This document shows, in pieces, positions 50,942 to 60,500 of a stretch of DNA of 64,000 bases. The notes under the pieces are model-generated. The model was not told the origin of the DNA. It ran no database searches and was given only the letters and a program-made list of their open reading frames with translations. Origin of the DNA: Centroscyllium fabricii (taxonomy: Eukaryota). The stretch spans positions 344,286,001 through 344,350,000 of the forward strand of contig JBNRSN020000002.1 of NCBI GenBank assembly GCA_051313645.2, given 5' to 3'. The position numbers and the translations under genes are program-made. Each line of letters opens with the position of its first letter. Position 1 is the first letter of the stretch.

Positions 50942-53900
50942 CCTCATTCTCTCTTCCAGGTCCTCGGATGTGCCAGCAAGCCAGTACTGTAATAAATTGT
51001 CTTCCCCCAGGTCCCGCATGGTGCAAGCCAGGGGGGCCATCTTGTCCTCCCCCAGGCCCCCCCTCGTGGGGGCGGCCATTTTGTCAGGTCCACTCCATGT
51101 GCTTTCCAGGGGGGTGGCCATTTTGTGAGGGGCAGCCATTTTGTGAAGGGCGGCCATTTTGTGCGGCGACCGGCCCTACAGTTAGCCAGGACAAGCCCCA
51201 CACCCTATCCCACTCCATGAGGCCAATCAAGATCAACGACCACATGGTCAACTGCCTTTTTGACACGGGCAGCACTGAGAGTTTTATCCACCCTAATACA
51301 GTGCGGCGCTTCGGACTGCAGGTCCTACCCACTAACTACCAAGTTTCATTAGCTTCACAGTCCCACACCGAGGACATCACCGGCTACTGCTCCGTCACGC
51401 TCACCGTCCAGGGACGCGTGTACCGTAATTTTAAATTGTATACCTTCCAACAGTTGTGTGCCCCAGCCTTACTAGGTCTGGACTTCCAGTGCCACTTCAG
51501 GAGTGTGACAATGGAGTTTGGCGGTACTTTACCCCCCCTCACCCTCAGTAGCCGGGACAATCTCCTCCCAAAGCGGACCCCAGCCTGCGGCCTCTCCACC
51601 CTGAGAATCGATCCCCCCTCGCTGTTCGCCAACCTCGATCCGAAGTGCAAACCTATCGCCACTAAGAGTCGGCGGTATAGCGAGGGGGACCGCACGTTTA
51701 TCAGGTCGGAGGTCGGGCGGCTGCTAAAGGAGGGGATTATTGAGGCCAGCACCAGCCCCTGGCGGGCCCAAGTTGTAGTCGTTAAGACTGGTGAGAAACA
51801 CCGGATGGTTATCGATTACAGCCAGACCATTAACCGCTACACCGGGCTCGACGCCTACCCCCTTCCCCGCATCTCAGAAATGGTCAATCAGATCGCCCAG
51901 TACAAGGTGTTCTCCACGATCGACCTTAAATCGGCGTATCACCAGCTCCCGATTCGGAAAGCCGACCGCCCCTACACCGCCTTCGAGGCGAACGGCCGGC
52001 TCTACCACTTCCTCCGGGTCCCCTTTGGCGTCACCAACGGAGTGTCAGTGTTCCAGCGGGAGATGGACCGTATGGTTGATCACAATGACTTGCAGGCCAC
52101 CTTCCCTTACCTGGACAATGTGACCATCTGCGGCCACGGCCAGCAGGACCACGATGCCAACCTGGCCAAATTTCTTGACACGGCGGCTAAGCTGGACCTT
52201 ACGTATAACAAAGACAAATGTGTCTTTAATACAACCCGGCTCGCCATCCTCGGATACGTGGTGGAGAATGGGGTCCTCGGCCCCGACCCACAGCGTATAC
52301 GACCCCTTCAGGAACTGCCCCTACCTCACAACCCCAAAGCCTTGAGGAGATCTCTAGGATTGTTCTCCTACTATGCACAATGGGTCCCGCAGTTCGCAGA
52401 CAAGGCTAGACCACTCCTCAAGGCTGCCGTCTTCCCTCTTTCTATAGAAGCTCAAACGGCATTCGAAAAGATAAAAGGAGATATCATCAAGGCGACCATG
52501 CACGCTGTTGATGAATCCATCCCTTTCCAGGTGGAGAGTGACGCTTCGGACTTTGCCCTTGCTGCCACCCTGAATCAGGCAGGCAGGCCCGTAGCGTTTT
52601 TCTCCCGCACCTTACAGGGACCCGAAACTCGCCACTCAGCAGTGGAAAAGGAGGCCCAGGCCATTGTGGAGGCCGTGCGCTACTGGCGTCATTACCTGGC
52701 CGGTAAGCGTTTTACCCTGCTCACCGACCAACGGTCGGTGGCGTTTATGTTTAACAATAAACTACGGGGTAAAATCAAGAATGACAAGATCATGCGGTGG
52801 CGGATCGAACTCTCGACTTACGAGTATGACATTCTTTACCGACCAGGTAAACTCAATGAACCACCGGACGCACTGTCCAGGGGAACGTGCGCCAGTGCCC
52901 AGCTAGACCGGCTGAAGGACCTCCACGACCGCCTCTGCCACCCGGGTGTCACCAGACTCGCCCATTTTGTCAAAGCTAATAATCTCCCCTACTCCATCAC
53001 GGAGATCAAGGCTATGACCCGAGATTGCCCTGTCTGCGCTGAGTGCAAACCCCACTTTTTCCGGCCAGACACGGCGCACCTCATTAAGGCCACTCGCCCC
53101 TTTGAACGCCTCAGCGTAGACTTCAAAGGCCCCCTTCCCTCCACCGACCGCAACTCATACTTCCTCACGGTAGTGGACGAGTTCTCCCGTTTCCCCTTCG
53201 CCTTCCCCTGCCCAGACATGACGAGCGCAACGGTGATCAAACACTTCACCACGCTGTTCGCCATCTTTGGTTTCCCCAGCTACATCCATAGCGACCGGGG
53301 GTCATCGTTCATGAGCGATGAACTGCGTCAGTTCCTGCTCCAGAAAGGGGTTGCCACGAGCAGAACGACCAGTTACAACCCCCGGGGGAACGGCCAGGTA
53401 GAAAGGGAGAATGGGATTATCTGGAAGGCGGTCACCCTGGCCCTCAAGTCCAGAGGCCTTCCAGTGTCCCACTGGCAGGCAGTCCTCCCAGGCGCGCTGC
53501 ACTCTATTAGGTCGCTATTATGTACAGCTACTAATGCCACCCCGCACGACCTTGTCTTCTCTTTCAGCAGGAGATCATCTTCGGGGACGGCGCTCCCACC
53601 ATGGCTGACGACCCCTGGCCCGGTGTTTCTTAGAAGGCACGTTCGGGGCCACAAGACGGACCCTCTGGTGGACAGGGTACAGCTCCTACACGCCAACCCA
53701 CAATATGCTTTTGTGCAGTTCCCAGACGGGCGTGAGGACACCGTGTCCATCAGGGACCTGGCCCCGGCCGGCAACACCGCCACAGCTCCTCCTGCTGGCC
53801 AGCAGGTCGACCTACCATCAACCACAAGACGGTCCCCGAGTTCCCCCGCAGATGCACAAGACGAGGTTCAGCAGAGTCACGAAACTACAGCACCGACGGA

Positions 53901-54150
53901 GACAGACTATTCGGCCATGGGGCAATCACCGCCAACATCGGAACCCCGGCGGTCGGCAAGACAAACGCGGCCGCCGGAGAGACTCATTATGAACTGTTCA
54001 ATTTATCCACCCCCCCCCCCTGGACTCAAAGTTTTCAACAAGGCATTCACCCCGACCCCGGACTCAAAGTTTTTAACAAGGGGTGAATGTGGTAACCCAT
54101 ATTTGGGTATCCCTTATATGGGATACCATTGTTGTATACCTGTGTGCTGA
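50452..54150 (+). CDS. Family B Pol (PR-RT-RH-IN), -1 frame relative to gag; expression route uncertain
   Basis: Frame open from 50449; LFDTGS, YLDN, DASD, HHCC and DDE motifs all present. Confidence 0.88.
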   Translation, partial: FFITPPIAPPHAAEPTQTRPSYVAGCARIAGTTLQQRELRALPATLPKAVPPEPPQRVTERAPQWESRVETDFRAAAVETDFRAGAAETDYKSPAAALTDPAQRVALRESRAETDYRALAETDQHRSRAELSDYKSRVETDYRAVAETDYRAADKTKLYESQLTSFSLPGPRMCQQASTVINCLPPGPAWCKPGGPSCPPPGPPSWGRPFCQVHSMCFPGGWPFCEGQPFCEGRPFCAATGPTVSQDKPHTLSHSMRPIKINDHMVNCLFDTGSTESFIHPNTVRRFGLQVLPTNYQVSLASQSHTEDITGYCSVTLTVQGRVYRNFKLYTFQQLCAPALLGLDFQCHFRSVTMEFGGTLPPLTLSSRDNLLPKRTPACGLSTLRIDPPSLFANLDPKCKPIATKSRRYSEGDRTFIRSEVGRLLKEGIIEASTSPWRAQVVVVKTGEKHRMVIDYSQTINRYTGLDAYPLPRISEMVNQIAQYKVFSTIDLKSAYHQLPIRKADRPYTAFEANGRLYHFLRVPFGVTNGVSVFQREMDRMVDHNDLQATFPYLDNVTICGHGQQDHDANLAKFLDTAAKLDLTYNKDKCVFNTTRLAILGYVVENGVLGPDPQRIRPLQELPLPHNPKALRRSLGLFSYYAQWVPQFADKARPLLKAAVFPLSIEAQTAFEKIKGDIIKATMHAVDESIPFQVESDASDFALAATLNQAGRPVAFFSRTLQGPETRHSAVEKEAQAIVEAVRYWRHYLAGKRFTLLTDQRSVAFMFNNKLRGKIKNDKIMRWRIELSTYEYDILYRPGKLNEPPDALSRGTCASAQLDRLKDLHDRLCHPGVTRLAHFVKANNLPYSITEIKAMTRDCPVCAECKPHFFRPDTAHLIKATRPFERLSVDFKGPLPSTDRNSYFLTVVDEFSRFPFAFPCPDMTSATVIKHFTTLFAIFGFPSYIHSDRGSSFMSDELRQFLLQKGVATSRTTSYNPRGNGQVERENGIIWKAVTLALKSRGLPVSHWQAVLPGALHSIRSLLCTATNATPHDLVFSFSRRSSSGTALPPWLTTPGPVFLRRHVRGHKTDPLVDRVQLLHANPQYAFVQFPDGREDTVSIRDLAPAGNTATAPPAGQQVDLPSTTRRSPSSPADAQDEVQQSHETTAPTETDYSAMGQSPPTSEPRRSARQTRPPERLIMNCSIYPPPPPGLKVFNKAFTPTPDSKFLTRGECGNPYLGIPYMGYHCCIPVC

Positions 54151-54353
54151 TATGTTGCTGGAGCCAGGTCAGCCACACCTCTGACTCCTCCCTCCAGGTG
54201 GAGCACCATAAAGGTATGAGCTGATCCTCCATTCATTCTTTTCCTGTATGAATCTACCGAGGAGACACCTCTATTCTTTATTAATTAAAAGCCTAGTATT
54301 AACGGTAACTACGAGTCGTCTTTTAATTAAGTCTTCGACCTCGCTACACCCCG

Positions 54354-57350
54354 TAGTTTATTATTAAACATAAACGCCACCGACCGTTGGTCGGTGAGCA
54401 GGGTAAAACGCTTACCGGCCAGGTAATGACGCCAGTAGCGCACGGCCTCCACGATGGCCTGGGCCTCCTTTTCCACTGCAGAGTGGTGAGTCTCGGGTCC
54501 CTGTAAGGTGCGGGAGAAAAACGCTACGGGCCTGCCTGCCTGATTCAGGGTGGCAGCAAGAGCAAAGTCCGAAGCGTCACTCTCCACCTGGAAAGGGATG
54601 GATTCATCAACAGCGAGCATGGTCGCCTTGATGATATCTTCCTTTATCTTTTCGAATGCCTTTTGGGCTTCTATAGAAAGGGGGAAGAGTGCAGCCTTGA
54701 GGAGTGGTCTAGCCTTATCTGCGAACTGTGGGACCCATTGTGCATAGTAGGAGAAAAATCCTAGGCATCTCCTCAAGGCTTTGGGGTTGTGAGGTAAGGG
54801 CAGTTCTAGCAGGGGTCGCATACGCTGTGGGTCGGGGCCGAGGAGCCCGTTCTCCACCACGTATCCGAGGATGGCGAGCCGGGTTGTATAAAAGACACAC
54901 TTGTCTTTGTTATACGTAAGGTCCAGCTTAGCCGCCGTGGCGAGGAATTTGGCCAGATTGGCATCGTGGTCCTGCTGGTCGTGGCCGCAGATGGTCACGT
55001 TGTCCAGGTAGGGGAAGGTGGCCTGCAAGTCATTCTGGTCAACCATACGGTCCATCTCCCACTGGAACACGGACACTCCGTTGGTCACGCCAAAGGGGAC
55101 CCGGAGAAAGTGGTAGAGCCGACCGTTCGCCTCGAAGGCGGTGTAGGGGCGGTCGGCTTTCCGAATCGGGAGCTGATGATACGCCGACTTAAGGTCGATT
55201 GTGGAGAACACCTTGTACTGGGCGATCTGGTTGACCATTTCTGAGATGCGGGGAAGGGGGTAGGCGTCGAGCCCGGTGTAGCGGTTGATAGTCTGGCTAT
55301 AGTCGATCACTAGCCGTTGTTTCTCACCAGACTTCACCACTACAACTTGGGCGCGCCAGGGGCTGGTGCTGGCTTCAATAATCCCCTCCTTCAGCATCCG
55401 TCCGACCTCCGACCTGATAAACGTGCGATCCCCCTCACTGTACCGCCGACTCTTAGTGGCGATTGGTTTGCACTTTGGGTCGAGGTTGGCGAACAGCGAG
55501 GGGGGGTCGATTTTCAGGGTGGAGAGTCCGCAGGCCGGGGTCCGCTTCGGGGGGAGATTGTCCCGGCTACTGAGGGTGAGGGGGGGTAAAGTCCCGCCGA
55601 ACTCCATGGTCACGCTCTTGAAGTGGCACTGGAAATCCAAGCCTAGTAAGGCTGGGGCACACAACTTTTTGAGGGTATAGAATTTAAAATTGCGGTACAC
55701 GCGTCCCTGGACGGTGAGCGTGACGGAGCAGTAGCCGGTGACGTCCGCGGTGTGGGACTGTGAAGCTAGGGACACTTGGTAGTTGGTGGGCAGGACCTGC
55801 AGCCCGAAACGCCGCACTGTATCAGGGTGAATGAAACTCTCGGTACTGCCCGTGTCGAGGAGGCAGTCGACGGTATGGTTATTAATCCTAATACGTATTA
55901 ATGAATTAGACAAGTGATGGGGCTTGCTTTGGCTGACTGTAGTTGTAGCAGCCCCTGCTGATGGGGACTGTGCACAAAATGGCGCCGCCCATGGTTCGCA
56001 CATGGAGGGGCCCTGGATACAAAATGGTGCCGCCCTTGGCTCGCACATGGAGGGTCCCTGGGTACAAAATAGCGCCGCCCTTGACTCGCACATGGAGGGG
56101 CCCCGGCTACAAAATGGCGCCACCCTTGGCTCGCACATGGAGGAGCCCTGGGCGCAAGATGGCGTCTTCCGTGGTTCGCACATGGAGGGGCCTGGGTTGC
56201 GGGGTAGCGTTACTGCGGGGCCCTGATGCGTTGGCGGTGCCCGTGATTCGCACGCAGCGAACCGCGGTGAACGCGCTGGCGGTGCCCGTGATTCGCACAC
56301 AGTGAACCGCGGTGAACGCGCTGGCGGTGCCCATGATTCGCACGCAGCGAGCTGCGGTGAACGCGCTGGCGGCGCCCGTGATTCGCACGCAGCGAACCGC
56401 GGTGGTCGGGTTGGCGGTGCCCGTGATTCGCACGCAGCCGGCCGCGTTGTAAGCTCGCGTTTGGCCGGTTGCCGCGGCATCGAGGTGGGGGGAGGGGGCG
56501 CTTGCCGTCGCTGAATAGCACTGCAAATGCAGCTTACCTGGTGATGGTTGCTCTCACAGACTGCACTGTTGTACCTTTTAGATGCTGTGGCTGGAGTGGC
56601 TCTGCAGGCTTTGGCGAAGTGTCCCTTCTTGGAGCATTTTTCGCAGGTCGCCGTCTTGGCTGGGCATTTTGCTCTGGGGTGCAATCCTTGGCCGCAGAAA
56701 TAGCAGTGTTTGAGCTTAGTGTCCGTGGTGGCCGTCGCGGCCATCGTGGGGCTCTCAATCCGTGACGCCTGTTGTGGTGCGGCCCATATGTTGTAGACTT
56801 GATGGCTGGTACCACCGTACGTCTGCGATTTATTCCGGGCCCCCTCCACCGATTTGGCTAACGTGGTTGCCTCCTCAAGGGTCAGATTGTCCTTTTCCAG
56901 TAGCCTCTGACGGGCTACTGCACATCTTAGTCCTGAGACATAGGCGTCCCGGAGGAGGATGTTTTCTTCCTGTGCCTTGGTCAATCCACCCTTGCAGCCA
57001 CAGGCCCGTATCATGCCCCGGAGCGCTTGCTCAAACTGGTCGTTTGACTCACCGGGTAGTTGAGATCGGGTCGCTAGTAGGTGGCGGGCGTAGACAGAGT
57101 GGACCGGGCGCTCATAGTACTGTTTGAGGGACGTCACCATTTCCTCGTAGGTTGTAAGGTCCTCGACAAGGGTGAAAACCCTGCTGGAGACCCTGGATAG
57201 CAGGAGTTGGAGTTTGTCCTCGTCCGTGGTAGCCTTGGCTGCTGCCATATAGGCCTTTAGTAATCCAAACCAGTGCTTGAAGGTAGCTGGTGCCGCGTCA
57301 TCCTGGGGGCTAATGTCCAGCTCCCTAGGTTTTAACGTGCTGCTCTCCAT
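54354..57350 (-). pseudogene. Family A middle unit gag-pol, 5' part (3' part at 47917-49332)
   Basis: Near-identical to 57506-61918; interrupted in RNase H at NKLR|GKIK by the family B insertion. Confidence 0.93.
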
Positions 57351-57505
57351 TTTAAGTTTATCAATTAAAATTGTAGCGTAGTCGCTAACTCAATTAAAAG
57401 GCGACTTGTAAGTACCGAAATACAAGGCTTTTAATTGATAAAGAATGGAGCTAGTCTCCTTACCAGTTCACATACAAGAATAAAGGGGCTGGGTCTGGCC
57501 ACACC

Positions 57506-60500
57506 TTATATCGGTGTCCCCACCTGGGGAGGAGTCGAGGGTGTGGCTGACCTGGCTCCCAGCAGTACAATGGCACTTATACAATGGTAGCCATATAAGG
57601 TAATGGTAACCATATAAGGGTTACCACATTCACCCCTTCTTAAAAACTTTGAGTCCGGGGGGGGTGAATGTACGGAACAGTTCATAATCAGTCTCTCCGC
57701 GGGTCGCGTTTGTCTTGCGGACCGCCGGGGTTCCGGTGTTGGTGGTGATGCCTCCATAGTCGAATAGCCCATCTCCGTTGGTGCTGTAAGTTCTGGACGT
57801 GGTGGGTTCTGCTGGACCTCGTCGTCTGGTGCATCGGCGGGGAAACTCGGGGCCCATCTTGTGTCTGGTGGTAGGTTGACCTGCTGGCCAGCAGGAGGCG
57901 CTGTGGCGGTGTTTCCGGCCGGGGCCAGGTCCCTGATGGACACGGTGTCCTCACGCCCGTCTGGGAACTGCACAAAGGCATAATGCGGGTTGGCGTGTAG
58001 GAGCTGTACCTTGTCCACCAGGGGGTCCGTCTTGTGGCACCGAACGTGCCGCTTAAGGAAAACCGGCCCTGGAGTCGTCAGCCATGGTGGGAGTGCCGTC
58101 CCCGAAGTTGACTTCCTGTTGAAGGAAAAAACAAGATCGTGCGGGGTGGCATTAGTAGCAGTACATAATAATGACCTGATAGAGTGCAGCGCGTCTGGGA
58201 GGACTGCCTGCCAATGGGACACTGAAAGGCCTCTGGACTTGAGAGCCAGGGTGACCGCCTTCCAAATGATACCATTCTCCCTTTCTACTTGGCCGTTCCC
58301 CCGGGGGTTATAACTGGTCGTCCTGCTCGTGGCAACCCCTTTCTGGAGCAGAAACTGGCGCAGTTCATCGCTCATGAACGATGACCCCCGGTCGCTATGG
58401 ATGTAGCTGGGGAGACCGAAGATGGCGAACAGCGTGGTGAAGTGTTTGATCACCGTTGCGCTCATCATATCTGGGCAGGGGAAGGCGAAGGGGAAGCGGG
58501 AGAACTCATCCACTACCGTGAGGAAGTATGAGTTGCGGTCGGTGGAGGGGAGGGGGCCTTTGAAGTCCACGCTGAGACGTTCAAAGGGGCGGGTGGCCTT
58601 AATGAGGTGCGCCGTGTCTGGCCGGAAAAAGTGGGGTTTGCACTCGGCGCAGACAGGGCAATCTCGGGTCATCTCCTTGATCTCCGTGATGGAGTAGGGG
58701 AGGCTACGTGATTTGACGAAATGGGCTAATCTGGTGACACCCGGGTGACAGAGGCGGTCGTGGAGATCCTTCAGCCGGTCTAGCTGGGCACTGGCGCACG
58801 TTCCCCTGGACAGTGCGTCCGGGGGTTCGTTGAGTTTGCCTGGTCGGTAAAGAATGTCGTACTCGTAAGTCGAGAGTTCGATCCGCCACCGCGTGATCTT
58901 ATCATTCTTGATTTTACCCCGTAGTTTATTATTAAACATAAACGCCACCGACCGTTGGTCGGTGAGCAGGGTAAAACGCTTACCGGCCAGGTAATGACGC
59001 CAGTAGCGCACGGCCTCCACGATGGCCTGGGCCTCCTTTTCCACTGCAGAGTGGCGAGTCTCGGGTCCCTGTAAGGTGCGGGAGAAAAACGCTACGGGCC
59101 TGCCTGCCTGATTCAGGGTGGCAGCAAGAGCAAAGTCCGAAGCGTCACTCTCCACCTGGAAAGGGATGGATTCATCAACAGCGAGCATGGTCGCCTTGAT
59201 GATATCTTCCTTTATCTTTTCGAATGCCTTTTGGGCTTCTATAGAAAGGGGGAAGAGTGCAGCCTTGAGGAGTGGTCTAGCCTTATCTGCGAACTGTGGG
59301 ACCCATTGTGCATAGTAGGAGAAAAATCCTAGGCATCTCCTCAAGGCTTTGGGGTTGTGAGGTAAGGGCAGTTCTAGCAGGGGTCGCATACGCTGTGGGT
59401 CGGGGCCGAGGAGCCCGTTCTCCACCACGTATCCGAGGATGGCGAGCCGGGTTGTATAAAAGACACACTTGTCTTTGTTATACGTAAGGTCCAGCTTAGC
59501 CGCCGTGGCGAGGAATTTGGCCAGATTGGCATCGTGGTCCTGCTGGTCGTGGCCGCAGATGGTCACGTTGTCCAGGTAGGGGAAGGTGGCCTGCAAGTCA
59601 TTCTGGTCAACCATACGGTCCATCTCCCACTGGAACACGGACACTCCGTTGGTCACGCCAAAGGGGACCCGGAGAAAGTGGTAGAGCCGACCGTTCGCCT
59701 CGAAGGCGGTGTAGGGGCGGTCGGCTTTCCGAATCGGGAGCTGATGATACGCCGACTTAAGGTCGATTGTGGAGAACACCTTGTACTGGGCGATCTGGTT
59801 GACCATTTCTGAGATGCGGGGAAGGGGGTAGGCGTCGAGCCCGGTGTAGCGGTTGATAGTCTGGCTATAGTGGATCACTAGCCATTGTTTCTCACCAGAC
59901 TTCACCACTACAACTTGGGCGCGCCAGGGGCTGGTGCTGGCTTCAATAATCCCCTCCTTCAGCATCCGTCCGACCTCCGACCTGATAAACGTGCGATCCC
60001 CCTCACTGTACCGCCGACTCTTAGTGGCGATTGGTTTGCACTTTGGGTCGAGGTTGGCGAACAGCGAGGGGGGGTCGATTTTCAGGGTGGAGAGTCCGCA
60101 GGCCGGGGTCCGCTTCGGGGGGAGATTGTCCCGGCTACTGAGGGTGAGGGGGGGTAAAGTCCCGCCGAACTCCATGGTCACGCTCTTGAAGTGGCACTGG
60201 AAATCCAAGCCTAGTAAGGCTGGGGCACACAACTTTTTGAGGGTATAGAATTTAAAATTGCGGTACACGCGTCCCTGGACGGTGAGCGTGACGGAGCAGT
60301 AGCCGGTGACGTCCGCGGTGTGGGACTGTGAAGCTAGGGACACTTGGTAGTTGGTGGGCAGGACCTGCAGCCCGAAACGCCGCACTGTATCAGGGTGAAT
60401 GAAACTCTCGGTACTGCCCGTGTCGAGGAGGCAGTCGACGGTATGGTTATTAATCCTAATACGTATTAATGAATTAGACAAGTGATGGGGCTTGCTTTGG

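Larger units (their letters stand above)
49333..54348 (+). mobile_element. Family B Gypsy-type LTR element, very young, nested in A
   Basis: 261-bp LTRs 49333-49593 and 54088-54348, identical by eye; 5-bp TSD CCCCG; PPT AAGGGGTGAA. Confidence 0.97.

Noticed and set aside
53800-54090. env-like third ORF or chromodomain in families A, B or C
   Set aside because: Integrase runs straight into the PPT and LTR; no space or motif.
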